Position numbers and translations under genes: made by a program. This document shows, piece by piece, positions 20,609-30,683 of a DNA stretch of 64,000 nt (the first letter of the stretch is position 1; each line of letters starts with the position of its first letter). Below the pieces are notes generated by a model. It was not told where the DNA came from. It saw only the letters and a program-made list of their open reading frames with translations, and searched no databases. Source of the stretch: Candidatus Omnitrophota bacterium (GTDB lineage Bacteria > Omnitrophota > Gorgyraeia > Zapsychrales > JAHFFX01); contig JAHFFW010000008.1 of the NCBI GenBank assembly GCA_023247725.1, positions 7,359-71,358 of the forward strand, written 5' to 3'.

Positions 20609-21874
20609 ATGGATGATATCAAGAAAAAGATCCATCAATATTTTATCGACAAGACGGATTTGCTGGCGGTCAAGGACCGTTTGACCGAGGAGCAATTGCG
20701 CAAATACGTCACCGAAAAGATCGATGAACTCTGCGAAGAACACAACATCCCTTTGCAAGAAATGGAGCGGGCCGCCGTTGTTCGCGAAATCGTAGGGGCC
20801 ATGGTCAGTTATGGTCCCTTACGTCCTTTGCTGGAAGACAAATCCGTGACCGAGATCATGGTCAATGGTCCGCAGCGGATTTATGTCCAGCGTCACGGCA
20901 AGATTGAATTGACGAACATCCAGTTCACGGATCATCACCATCTCATGCATACGATTCAAAAAATTCTGGCGGCTTCGGGTTCGAGCCGGCGGGTGGATGA
21001 ATCTTCTCCTTACGTTGACTTTTCCCTGCGGGATGGTTCCCGGGCGAATGTCATCCTGCCCCCCGTATCCCTGACGGGTCCATGCATTACGATCCGGAAA
21101 TTTTCTACGGATATCGAAAACGTCGATGATCTCATCAATAAGGGAATGCTGGATGAGAAAATGGCCGCTTTACTGATTGGAGGGATCAAGGCCAAACTCA
21201 ATATGGTGTTTTGTGGTGCGACCGGTACCGGCAAAACCACTCTCCTTAATGTCCTGTCGCGTCATATCCCCGCCGTGGAGAGAGTGGTCACGATTGAAGA
21301 CACGGCTGAATTGCGTCTGATGCAGGACCACGTGGTGAGTTTGCAGACCAAGTCCGCCAATATCGAAGGCAAGGGAGTCATTGCGATCCGGGATCTGTTT
21401 CTGAATTCCCTGCGCATGCGGCCGGACCGCATTATCATTGGCGAGATCCGCAGCGAGGAGGCGCTCGATCTCATTCAATCCATTGCTTCCGGTCACAGCG
21501 GTTCCTTGGCCATTGTGCACGCCGATAGCCCGGAAGATTGCTTCAATCGGATGGTGACGATGACGCTCATGACCGGCATTCGCTTGGCCTCCGAGGAGAT
21601 CAAAAAGCAAATCGCCAATGCGATTGATCTGATCATTTATACCGAATTGTATATGGACGGTATCCGGCGGATCACCACTATTACGGATGTGGAGTATGAG
21701 CCGGAAGAAGAGCAAACCTACTTGCGGGATATCTTTCATTTCGAGCAGGAAAAATTGAAGGATGGCCGGATCCAGGGCAAATGGCATTTCAATCCGCGCC
21801 GGCCCACCTTCATGAAAAAATTCGCCAAAAGAAACGTGGAATTGCCGGGATTTTTCGAGGATAAGAAAAGTTAA
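20609..21874 (+). CDS. cpaF: CpaF/TadA-family Tad pilus assembly ATPase
   Basis: EIMVNGP, RRVDESSPYVD, GATGTGKTT, TIEDTAEL, LRMRPDRIIIGEIR. Confidence 0.92.
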   Translation: MDDIKKKIHQYFIDKTDLLAVKDRLTEEQLRKYVTEKIDELCEEHNIPLQEMERAAVVREIVGAMVSYGPLRPLLEDKSVTEIMVNGPQRIYVQRHGKIELTNIQFTDHHHLMHTIQKILAASGSSRRVDESSPYVDFSLRDGSRANVILPPVSLTGPCITIRKFSTDIENVDDLINKGMLDEKMAALLIGGIKAKLNMVFCGATGTGKTTLLNVLSRHIPAVERVVTIEDTAELRLMQDHVVSLQTKSANIEGKGVIAIRDLFLNSLRMRPDRIIIGEIRSEEALDLIQSIASGHSGSLAIVHADSPEDCFNRMVTMTLMTGIRLASEEIKKQIANAIDLIIYTELYMDGIRRITTITDVEYEPEEEQTYLRDIFHFEQEKLKDGRIQGKWHFNPRRPTFMKKFAKRNVELPGFFEDKKS

Positions 21875-21878
21875 AACA

Positions 21879-23138
21879 ATGGATTGGTCCAAATATTTTA
21901 TTCCGACCTTGAAAGAAACTCCCGTCGGCACCGAGGCGATCAGCCATCAACTGCTTTTGCGAGGTGGGCTGGTTCATATGCTCACCTCCGGGGTTTACTC
22001 TTATCTTCCTTTGGGGCTTCGGGTCCTCAAACGCATCGAAGCCATTATTCGGGAAGAAATGAACAATGCCGGAGCGCTGGAATTGTTTCTTCCCGTTTTG
22101 CAACCCTTGGACCTGTGGCAAAAAACCGGCCGGGACAAAACCCTCGCCGAGGTGATGATCCGTTTTAAGGACAAACGCAACCGGGACATGTGCCTGGGGC
22201 CGACTCATGAGGAAGTGATTACGGATTTGGTCAAGGCCTTTGTTAAAAGCTATCGGCAACTGCCTTTAAATCTGTATCAAATCCAAACCAAATTCCGCGA
22301 TGAGATTCGGCCTCGATTCGGGGTCGTGCGCGCGTGTGAGTTCATCATGAAGGATGCCTACAGTTTTGACCGTGCCAAAGAAGGTTTAAAGCGAAATTAT
22401 GAACTCATGTACGAGGCCTATCAAAAGATTTTTTCAAGATGCGGCTTGAAAGCTGTTATTATAGAGGCCGATTCCGGCGCTATGGGAGGTGATATTTCCC
22501 ATGAGTTTCTCATTCCTGCTCCGATCGGAGAGGATGAGATCCTTTTGTGCAACCAGTGCGGCGCAGGCCGTTCCGTGGAAGGCGACCCAGCCAGCTTGGC
22601 CTGCAGTGTCTGCCAGGGTGGAAAAATGGAAAAGACGATCGCGATCGAGCTGGGACATATTTTCCAGCTGGGATTAAAATATAGCGATGCCTTGCAGGCC
22701 ACCTTCCTCGATGAGAAAGGCGATCAAAAACCTTTGGTCATGGGCTGTTATGGAATCGGGGTCAGTCGCCTCATCGCCGCCATCGTGGAGGTGCATCACG
22801 ATGCCAAAGGCATCATTTGGCCAGAGCCGGTCGCTCCCTTTGATGTCGAGATCCTGCCTTTAAAAACTGATGATAGTTCGGTCATAAATCTGGCTCGAGA
22901 ATTGGAAAACGAATTGGAAATAAAGGGCTGGGAGGTTTTGATGGATGATCGTGCGGAAAGCGCAGGGGTGAAATTTAATGATGCGGATCTGATTGGTATC
23001 CCCTGGCGCATCGTTCTCGGCAAAAAGACCGTTACCGATCAAACGATTGAAATCAAAAGCCGGCGAAGTGGAGAGACGAGGGTGGTTCCTATTCGAGAAG
23101 CGATTTCGCGCTTGCAGGAATTACTGACGAACGCCTGA
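21879..23138 (+). CDS. proS: Proline--tRNA ligase, short form without the INS editing domain
   Basis: LGPTHEE, KFRDEIRPRFG, GHIFQLG, MGCYGIGVSR; 419 aa with CxxC..CxxC in place of INS. Confidence 0.96.
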   Translation: MDWSKYFIPTLKETPVGTEAISHQLLLRGGLVHMLTSGVYSYLPLGLRVLKRIEAIIREEMNNAGALELFLPVLQPLDLWQKTGRDKTLAEVMIRFKDKRNRDMCLGPTHEEVITDLVKAFVKSYRQLPLNLYQIQTKFRDEIRPRFGVVRACEFIMKDAYSFDRAKEGLKRNYELMYEAYQKIFSRCGLKAVIIEADSGAMGGDISHEFLIPAPIGEDEILLCNQCGAGRSVEGDPASLACSVCQGGKMEKTIAIELGHIFQLGLKYSDALQATFLDEKGDQKPLVMGCYGIGVSRLIAAIVEVHHDAKGIIWPEPVAPFDVEILPLKTDDSSVINLARELENELEIKGWEVLMDDRAESAGVKFNDADLIGIPWRIVLGKKTVTDQTIEIKSRRSGETRVVPIREAISRLQELLTNA

Positions 23139-23626
23139 TGAGTGCAATTGAATTCTCCATCCAGGAGAAAGTTCACCAGATCGCGCAACGGTTGTGTCAG
23201 GAAATGAATCTTGAGCTCGTGGATTTGCACCTGCGCCGGCAGGGCCAGCAGACCTCTATTGAAATCCTGGCGGATCAACCGACCGGAGGCATCACCTTAG
23301 CAGAGTGCGCTCAATTGAATCAGTCCATAAATTCCCTCTTGGAGACTGAAAATGTTTTCCATGGACCGTATCTGTTGGAAGTGTCCTCACCGGGTTTGGA
23401 TCGACCGCTCAAGACCAAAAAAGATTTTTTGCGGGTTCTGCACCGTGAGGTAAGAATTTTTTTAGAGGAACCGATCGACGGAAAGTGGGAGTACGCCGGG
23501 CAGATCGATCAGGTCGACGACGAAGGGATCGTCATTGAAAACCAAGAAGGCCGGGTGTCGATTCCTTTGGCGAAGATGAACCGGGCTAAGCAGCACATCA
23601 CACGAGAGAAAGGTCTGTATGGATAG
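23138..23626 (+). CDS. rimP: Ribosome maturation factor
   Basis: GGITLAEC, YLLEVSSPGLDRPL; upstream of nusA. Confidence 0.95.
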   Translation: MSAIEFSIQEKVHQIAQRLCQEMNLELVDLHLRRQGQQTSIEILADQPTGGITLAECAQLNQSINSLLETENVFHGPYLLEVSSPGLDRPLKTKKDFLRVLHREVRIFLEEPIDGKWEYAGQIDQVDDEGIVIENQEGRVSIPLAKMNRAKQHITREKGLYG

Positions 23627-24824
23627 CGAACTTTTGGTCATCCTCGAACAACTCGAACGCGATAAGGGCATCAATAAGGATATCTTGATTGAGGCGGTGG
23701 AAATGGCGGTCGCCTCGGCGGCGAAAAAGGTTTGGACCGTGGATAAAGATGAAGAGATCAAGGTTGTCCTTGACCGGAAAACCGGAAAACTGACCACTTA
23801 TGCCGGCGGGCAAGAAATCCGTTCCCATGAGTTTGGCCGGATCGCCGCCCAAACCGCCAAACAGGTTGTCATTCAAAAAATCCGCGAGGCGGAAAAGGAT
23901 GTGGTCTTTACCGAATATCAGGCCCGCGTCGGCCAAATCATTTCTGGCGGGGTTTATCGCTTTGACAAAGGCAACATCATTGTGGACTTGGGTAAGACGG
24001 AGGCCTTTGTCCCCAAATCAGAACAATCGGGCAAGGAAGAATTTCGCCAAGGAGATCGGATCCGGGCTTATGTGTTGGATGTCAAAAGAGAGACGCGGGG
24101 TCCGCAAATCATTTTGTCGCGGGCACACCCCAGTTTTGTCAAAAGGCTTTTCGAATTGGAGGTTCCCGAAATTTTCGAAGGCATCGTTGAGATCAAATCC
24201 ATTGCTCGCGACGCCGGTGAACGAACCAAGATCGCGGTTTATTCGAAAGATGAAAAGGTCGATTGCGTCGGGGCTTGCGTCGGCATGCGTGGTTCCCGGG
24301 TCAAAAACATTGTCTCGGAATTGCATGGCGAAAAAATTGACATTGTCCGTTACTCGAGCGATATGAAAGAATATATTCAAGCGGCGCTTTCACCCGCCGA
24401 GATTTCTCAGATTCAGATCAATGCCAATGATAAAAAAGCCAACATCATTGTGGCCGATGATCAATTGTCATTGGCCATTGGCAAACACGGGCAGAACGTT
24501 CGCCTGGCTAGCCGTTTGCTCGGTTGGGAGTTGAACATCTTCTCCGCCGATCAATGGCAGGCCCAGAAGGAAGATCAACAAAAACAGCGGGCGAAAGAAG
24601 GACTTCTGTTAGAACCCCAACAAGGGCAAGCGCAGGCGACCATTGCGGATCTGAGCGGCGTGGGGGCAAAGCTGCTCGAGAATTTGCAAAATGCCGGTTA
24701 CGATTCGCTGGAGAAGATTGCCCACTCATCCGTGGAAGATCTGACCGCCATCAAAGGGTTGGGGCAAGTCAGGGCGACCAAAATGGTGGAAGAGGCCAAA
24801 AACTTTTTGAAAGAAAATGAATGA
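23619..24824 (+). CDS. nusA: Transcription termination/antitermination factor with C-terminal HhH
   Basis: FGRIAAQTAKQV, S1 and KH domains, SLAIGKHGQNVRLA. Confidence 0.97.
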   Translation: MDSELLVILEQLERDKGINKDILIEAVEMAVASAAKKVWTVDKDEEIKVVLDRKTGKLTTYAGGQEIRSHEFGRIAAQTAKQVVIQKIREAEKDVVFTEYQARVGQIISGGVYRFDKGNIIVDLGKTEAFVPKSEQSGKEEFRQGDRIRAYVLDVKRETRGPQIILSRAHPSFVKRLFELEVPEIFEGIVEIKSIARDAGERTKIAVYSKDEKVDCVGACVGMRGSRVKNIVSELHGEKIDIVRYSSDMKEYIQAALSPAEISQIQINANDKKANIIVADDQLSLAIGKHGQNVRLASRLLGWELNIFSADQWQAQKEDQQKQRAKEGLLLEPQQGQAQATIADLSGVGAKLLENLQNAGYDSLEKIAHSSVEDLTAIKGLGQVRATKMVEEAKNFLKENE

Positions 24825-27355
24825 ACATGAAAGTATCCGAACTCGCCAAAGAATATAAAGTCACCAGCCAGGTTATTCTCGAGAAGCTCAAATCGCTTAA
24901 GCTCAAGGCCAAAGATGAACATCAGGATTTGAGCTCTGCCGTCGTGAGTGTCCTGCGCAGCGAATTGAAACTGCTGCCCGTTGCGGTCAAGCCCAAGGCG
25001 GTTCCGCCGGTGGATCCTTCGCGCCGTCCCCGATGGGATCAGGTCGAGGTGCGCAAAAAAGTCACCGCAAAGGAAGAACCCCCCATCGAGGCAGAGCCGA
25101 AGAAACTCGTCGGGGCCAAGGCCGACGGCAAAAAATCACCCATCAAACCGGCAGTAAAAGCGAGCGTTAAGCCAAAAGCAGGGGAAGCCGACCTCAAAGA
25201 AATCCCCAAACCATCTGCGCCTAAAAAATTGGCTGAGCCTCCCGCCGTGATACCGGCAAAACCTGCAGCCCAAAAAACGGAAAAGCCTCCGCTGCCAACT
25301 AAACCTGAAGCACCGTTAGCCCCGGCTAAAGACGTGAAGCCTCCGACGCCACCGCCCGCGCCCGCAGCGCAAAAGCCGACCATTCAATTTAGCGACGAAC
25401 CCTTTGTCAGCGTCAAGCCCCTGGCGAAGAGGAAGAAAATAATTCCGGGCCGAGACAGCGGCCGCGATCGGGATTTTCACAAACCGCGCTTTTCCACCGA
25501 TGGTAAGGATACGGCGGCAAAGACCGCCCTCCGGGAACCGGGGGCGCTAGAAATTCCGGGTAAACTCCCCGGAGATGGACTCGCGCTTCCAACAACTTTT
25601 CAGGACCTCGAAGTCAAACTGCCCATTTCTGTCAAGGATCTGGCCTTTCGGCTGCAGCAAAAACCGAGCGTTGTTCTCAAACAGCTTTTGCAAATGGGGC
25701 TTATGGCCAACATCAATCAAAATATTGACGAGGGGGTTGTGCAGAAGCTGGCCCGGGATTTCGGGTTTAATCTGGTGAAGGTCAAAACTCAAGAAGAACA
25801 ATTGGTCGAGCAGCATGATGTGGAAAAAGATGACCCCAGCAAATTGAGACCGCGACCTCCAGTCATCACCTTCATGGGGCATGTGGACCATGGAAAGACG
25901 TCCTTGATGGATCGGATTCGGCAAAGCCGCGTTGCCGACGAGGAACATGGGGGCATCACCCAGCACATTGGTGCCTATTCGGTCAAATTGCCCAAAGGCA
26001 GCATCACGCTTTTGGATACGCCCGGCCATGAGGCCTTTACCTCGATGCGCGCGCGCGGAGCGCACATCACCGATTTGGTGGTTCTGGTTGTTGCCGCCGA
26101 TGAAGGCATCATGCCGCAGACGGAGGAAGCCATTGACCATGCCCGCGCCGCCAAGGTTCCCCTCGTGGTTGCTTTAAATAAAATTGATAAAAAAACTGCC
26201 AACGCAGATCGAGTCAAGAAGCAATTGCAAGAACACGATTTGACCCCGGAGGAATGGGGTGGAAAGACAATTTGCGTCGGGGTTTCCGCACAGACCGGCG
26301 AGGGGGTTAATCAATTATTGGAGATGATCCTTTTGGAAGCGGAATTGTTGGAGTTGAAGGCCAATGCAGAAAAACCGGCTTCGGGAATTGTCGTCGAGGC
26401 GCATTTGAGCCAGGGCAAGGGGGCGCTTGCCACGTTGATCGTTCAAAATGGGATGTTGAAAGAAGGCGACATCCTGGTCGTCGGCCCTTACTACTGCCGG
26501 GTGAAGGCGATGTATGATGACCACGAACGTCCGATCACGCAGGCCGGTCCTTCGACGCCCGTTGAAATCTTGGGATTGCCCAGTGTTCCCGATGCCGGGG
26601 AACTTTTTTATGTCATGGAAGACGAACGCACCGCTCGAGACATTGCCTACCGTCGTCGCGATCAGCGCAAAGAGCAGCGGATGTCTTTGACTTCCAAAAT
26701 CACCTTGGAAGATCTTTATTCAAAAGTTCAGCAGGGAACGATCAAAGAACTCAACGTCGTCATCAAGGCGGATGTCCAAGGATCACTCGAGGCCTTGATT
26801 GATTCCTTAAAAAAGATTCCCAGCGATCAGGTGCAGCTCAATGTCATTCATTCCGGGGTCGGAGATATCAATGCCTCCGATTGCATCCTTGCCTGCGCCT
26901 CGAGCGCCATCATCATCGGTTTCCATGTCGAGGTGGATCCCCGCGCCAAGGAGGAGTTGGAACGCAATCCCGTCGACGTGCGCACCTACCGGATCATTTA
27001 CGATGCGGTCAATGATATCAAAAATGCCTTGGAAGGCTTGCTCGAACCCAAGACCCGTAAAAAGTTTCTGGCGCGCGTCGAGGTGCGGCAGGTCTTTAAA
27101 CTCAGCAAGTCCGGCACGATCGCCGGTTGCTTTGTCCAGAAAGGCAAGGTTGCGCGCAAGGCCAATGCGGATTTGATCCGTAACGAGGAGGTGGTTTTTT
27201 CTGGAACGATTGGATCGCTCAAACGCTTTAAGGACGATGTTCGCGAAGTGGCCGAGGGCATGGAGTGCGGGATTGGGCTAAGCGGATTTACCGATTACCA
27301 GGCCGGCGATACGATTGAGGCCTACGAGTTGGAAAAAATTGCCAGGAAACTCTAA
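24821..27355 (+). CDS. infB: Translation initiation factor IF-2
   Basis: MGHVDHGKT, DTPGHEAF, NKID, KADVQGS; P/A/K-rich N-terminal region. Confidence 0.98.
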   Translation: MNMKVSELAKEYKVTSQVILEKLKSLKLKAKDEHQDLSSAVVSVLRSELKLLPVAVKPKAVPPVDPSRRPRWDQVEVRKKVTAKEEPPIEAEPKKLVGAKADGKKSPIKPAVKASVKPKAGEADLKEIPKPSAPKKLAEPPAVIPAKPAAQKTEKPPLPTKPEAPLAPAKDVKPPTPPPAPAAQKPTIQFSDEPFVSVKPLAKRKKIIPGRDSGRDRDFHKPRFSTDGKDTAAKTALREPGALEIPGKLPGDGLALPTTFQDLEVKLPISVKDLAFRLQQKPSVVLKQLLQMGLMANINQNIDEGVVQKLARDFGFNLVKVKTQEEQLVEQHDVEKDDPSKLRPRPPVITFMGHVDHGKTSLMDRIRQSRVADEEHGGITQHIGAYSVKLPKGSITLLDTPGHEAFTSMRARGAHITDLVVLVVAADEGIMPQTEEAIDHARAAKVPLVVALNKIDKKTANADRVKKQLQEHDLTPEEWGGKTICVGVSAQTGEGVNQLLEMILLEAELLELKANAEKPASGIVVEAHLSQGKGALATLIVQNGMLKEGDILVVGPYYCRVKAMYDDHERPITQAGPSTPVEILGLPSVPDAGELFYVMEDERTARDIAYRRRDQRKEQRMSLTSKITLEDLYSKVQQGTIKELNVVIKADVQGSLEALIDSLKKIPSDQVQLNVIHSGVGDINASDCILACASSAIIIGFHVEVDPRAKEELERNPVDVRTYRIIYDAVNDIKNALEGLLEPKTRKKFLARVEVRQVFKLSKSGTIAGCFVQKGKVARKANADLIRNEEVVFSGTIGSLKRFKDDVREVAEGMECGIGLSGFTDYQAGDTIEAYELEKIARKL

Positions 27356-27356
27356 G

Positions 27357-28361
27357 ATGAAGAAAACCGTCTTTAGCGGCATGCGTCCGACGGGAAAATT
27401 GCATTTGGGGCACCTGGTGGGGGCGCTGGAGGGCTGGGTCAAATTGCAAAAAGAGTACCACTGTTTATTCGGCATCGTGGACTGGCACGCCCTCATGGGA
27501 GAATATGAGGACAGCGGCCGAATTCCAGAATATATTAAGGAGATGGCTTTAGATTGGTTGGCCTGCGGGATTGATCCGGAGCAATCGATTGTTTTCATCC
27601 AATCCCGGGTTCCTGAGCACCTCGAGCTTTTCATGTTCCTGGCGTGTTTGACGCCGCTGGGTTGGCTGGAACGCAATCCCACTTATAAAGAACAATTGCG
27701 CGAGATTGCCACCCGCGATCTGCAGACCTACGCCTTTTTAGGATACCCCGTTTTGCAGGCGGCCGATATCCTTTTGTACAAAGCGCAGGCCGTTCCCATC
27801 GGAGAGGATCAGCTTCCTCATATTGAATTGACCCGGGAAATCGGTCGGCGTTTTAATTTTTTTTACCAGGCTGACATTTTTCCCGATTGTGAAGCGATCT
27901 TAACCAAGACTCCCCGGCTTTTGGGAATCGATAACCGCAAGATGAGTAAAAGCTACCATAACGCCATCAATCTGTCTGATTCCGAACATGAGATCCGCCG
28001 GAAAGTCCAAGGCATGTTCACGGATCCTCGTCGGATCAAATTGACCGATCCCGGCCATCCGCAGGAGTGCAATGTCTACAACTATTATCAAGTCTTTGCG
28101 CCGGGACAGACCACCCGAGAAGTTTACGAATGGTGTTCCGGGGCGAAAAAGGGCTGCACCGAATGCAAACTATTCTTAGCGGAAAAAATTTTGCTGCACC
28201 TGGCGCCCATCCGCGCCAAACGGGCTGAGCTCGAAGCTCATAAAGAGAAGGTGGAAGAGATTTTACAGGAAGGGGCAAAAAAAGCCAAAGCGATCGCCCG
28301 GCAAACCATCGCCGAGGTCAAAGACGCCGTGTTTCATAAGAAGGTCCAGGCCTTGACATGA
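27357..28361 (+). CDS. trpS: Tryptophan--tRNA ligase
   Basis: SGMRPTG.LHLGH, YPVLQAADIL, KMSKS. Confidence 0.97.
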   Translation: MKKTVFSGMRPTGKLHLGHLVGALEGWVKLQKEYHCLFGIVDWHALMGEYEDSGRIPEYIKEMALDWLACGIDPEQSIVFIQSRVPEHLELFMFLACLTPLGWLERNPTYKEQLREIATRDLQTYAFLGYPVLQAADILLYKAQAVPIGEDQLPHIELTREIGRRFNFFYQADIFPDCEAILTKTPRLLGIDNRKMSKSYHNAINLSDSEHEIRRKVQGMFTDPRRIKLTDPGHPQECNVYNYYQVFAPGQTTREVYEWCSGAKKGCTECKLFLAEKILLHLAPIRAKRAELEAHKEKVEEILQEGAKKAKAIARQTIAEVKDAVFHKKVQALT

Positions 28362-29110
28362 CGGATAAAGCCATGAGCTACAAACTCAAATTGGAAATTT
28401 TCGAAGGCCCGCTGGATCTGCTTTTGTATCTCATTAAAAAAGATGAGATTGATATCTATGACATTCCCATCGCGCAGGTGACCGAGCAGTATTTGGAATA
28501 CATCGAGATGATGAAACTGTTGAATCTCGACGTGATCGGCGACTTTCTGGTCATGGCCGCGACCCTCATGCACATCAAGTCCAAAATGCTTCTGCCGCCG
28601 GATCCGGCCGAGGTGGTTCCCGAGGAAGAAGATCCGCGCGATGAACTGGTCCGCCGGCTCCTCGAGTACAAACGATTCAAGGAGGTCGCCGAGGAACTGA
28701 AGGGCAGAGAATCGTTTCGGCAGGACTTATTCACCCGGATGGTGGATGAAGCCCGAATGAAAGAAATCAAAAATGACGCCAAGGAAGTTTATTTTGAGGC
28801 AAGCCTTTTTGATTTGATCAATGCCTTCACCAAGGCCTTGCGCAAGGTTGCGGAAAAACCCGTCTATGCCCTGACCAAGGAAGAATATACGGTGGAAATG
28901 AAAATCCATAACATCTTGCATGTCCTCATGGATCAAGCCAGCGTCCTTCTTTCGGAGCTCTTCGGCCAGTGCAAAAGCAAAATGGAAATCATTGTCACGT
29001 TCATGGCGATCCTGGAGCTCATCCGTTTAAAAGAAATTGTGATTTTGCAGAAGCAGCTTTTCGGCGAGATTGAGCTGCAACGCAATAAGGAAAATGCCCA
29101 GCCGGCTTAA
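28358..29110 (+). CDS. scpA: Segregation/condensation protein A
   Basis: FEGPLDLLL, IKSKMLLP, FMAILEL. Confidence 0.95.
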   Translation: MTDKAMSYKLKLEIFEGPLDLLLYLIKKDEIDIYDIPIAQVTEQYLEYIEMMKLLNLDVIGDFLVMAATLMHIKSKMLLPPDPAEVVPEEEDPRDELVRRLLEYKRFKEVAEELKGRESFRQDLFTRMVDEARMKEIKNDAKEVYFEASLFDLINAFTKALRKVAEKPVYALTKEEYTVEMKIHNILHVLMDQASVLLSELFGQCKSKMEIIVTFMAILELIRLKEIVILQKQLFGEIELQRNKENAQPA

Positions 29111-29124
29111 GGTCGGCGAAAAAT

Positions 29125-29290
29125 TTATTCTGCTACGCCCCGCCGCGGGCGGGGTTTCGGTCTTCTTCGCCCCAATGTTTTCACGCCGGCCTGCCGGCAT
29201 TTGAGCAAAGAAGAATGCGGCAATATTCTTGAGTAGGATAATTGCTCCGAAGCAAACGAACCAGTCCTATCCTTTTGCGAAGGAGAATAG
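29125..29290. repeat. Dispersed palindromic element, copy 2, with different nested hairpins in its 5' half
   Basis: Shares ttctgctacgc (29128-29138) and a 3' 74 nt (29217-29290) at about 65/75 identity with copy 1 by manual alignment. Confidence 0.85.
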
Positions 29291-29294
29291 ACTC

Positions 29295-30323
29295 ATGCTC
29301 GAAGAAACCAAGCGCCTGTTGATCCATCAAGAAACCGAAGAAGATCAAGTGGTGAGCCTGTCATTACGGCCGGCAAAGCTCACGGATTTTATTGGTCAGA
29401 AAGAATTGGTGGAGAATCTGCGCGTCTCCATCAAGGCTGCCCTCAAACGCGGGGAGCCGATCGAACATATCCTCTTTTCCGGTCCGCCGGGTTTGGGCAA
29501 AACTTCTCTGGCGAATATCGTTGCCCATGAGATGGGCGCCCGGATCACGATCACCTCGGGACCGGCGATTTCGCGGGCCGGGGATCTCATCGGAATTTTG
29601 ACCAACCTGGAAAAAGGCGATGTGCTTTTTATCGACGAGATCCATCGGCTTTCGAAGACCGTGGAGGAATTCCTTTATCCGGCCATGGAAAATTTTCAAA
29701 TTGATTTTATTGTGGATAAGGGCCCCTACGCCAAGACGATCAAATTCAACTTGAAGCCCTTCACCCTCATCGGGGCCACGACCCGCAGCGGTCTTTTGGC
29801 ATCGCCCTTGCGCGATCGTTTCGGTATCTTCCACCATTTGGATTTTTACAACGAGGAAGAATTAAGTCAGATTGTTTTAAATTCTGCGGTTAAGTTGAAT
29901 GTCGTTATTGACCAGACCGCGGCGCTGGAGATTTCCCGACGCTCCCGCGGCACTCCCCGCATCGCCAATCGATTGCTGCGCCGCGTGCGTGACTACGCTC
30001 AGGTGAAGGCACAAAAAAATGAAATCACGAACACCCTGGTCACACAGGCCATGCAGACGCTCGGCGTCGATACCGCCGGATTGGATGAAACCGATCGGCG
30101 TTTTATCCGCGTGATCAAAGAGCATTATCAAGGAGGCCCGGTTGGGGTCGAAACCCTGGCGGCGACCCTTAATGAAGAGATCGACACGATCGTCGATGTC
30201 ATCGAGCCATTTTTGTTGAAGATTGGTTTTTTAAGACGCACGGCCCGCGGCCGTGAATTGACCGAATCTTCTTTATCGCATTTGGTCGAACAGCCGTCCT
30301 TCCCGAAAAACCGCTCCTTCTAA
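29295..30323 (+). CDS. ruvB: Holliday junction branch migration helicase (start moved to ATG 29295)
   Basis: SLRP, GPPGLGKT, FIDEIHR, GATTR, RGTPRIANRLLRR. Confidence 0.97.
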   Translation: MLEETKRLLIHQETEEDQVVSLSLRPAKLTDFIGQKELVENLRVSIKAALKRGEPIEHILFSGPPGLGKTSLANIVAHEMGARITITSGPAISRAGDLIGILTNLEKGDVLFIDEIHRLSKTVEEFLYPAMENFQIDFIVDKGPYAKTIKFNLKPFTLIGATTRSGLLASPLRDRFGIFHHLDFYNEEELSQIVLNSAVKLNVVIDQTAALEISRRSRGTPRIANRLLRRVRDYAQVKAQKNEITNTLVTQAMQTLGVDTAGLDETDRRFIRVIKEHYQGGPVGVETLAATLNEEIDTIVDVIEPFLLKIGFLRRTARGRELTESSLSHLVEQPSFPKNRSF

Positions 30324-30393
30324 TCATTCCGGCCCATTGATCTTTAAGAATCCTTCGTTCACAATTTAACGCCGACAAGAAAAGGATTGTTGG

Positions 30394-30609
30394 ATGTCAG
30401 AGATGGCCAAGGTTTTAATTGTGATGGGAGGATTTTTAATCCTCGCCGGAATGATCCTCCTGGTGTTGGGCAAGTTTCCCGGCATCGGGCGGCTTCCCGG
30501 CGATATTTTGATCAAAAAAGAAAATTTCACCTTTTATTTTCCTCTGGCCACGTGTCTGCTTTTGAGTTTGATCATGAGCTTGATCATGATTTTTTTTCGG
30601 CGGCGATAA
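30394..30609 (+). CDS. Small membrane protein (DUF2905-like)
   Basis: GRLPGDI...FYFPLATCLLLS; typical ruvB-DUF2905-spoIID-queA context. Confidence 0.85.
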   Translation: MSEMAKVLIVMGGFLILAGMILLVLGKFPGIGRLPGDILIKKENFTFYFPLATCLLLSLIMSLIMIFFRRR

Positions 30610-30683
30610 AGTTTTTCTGACCGGTCTGCCTTTTGAGCACCGATGGTGACATTGATTGTGGTAGCGCTACTCATCATTTTCCT

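Noticed and set aside
22585-22606. Small palindrome gccagcttggc in proS
   Set aside because: Too short to distinguish from chance
29229-29294. 22-aa N-terminal extension of RuvB from TTG 29229
   Set aside because: Derived from the palindromic element; the RBS supports ATG 29295. Similar over-extended starts were trimmed for kdsA, lptC/A, uppS, trpS, rnhB, folD and abiEii
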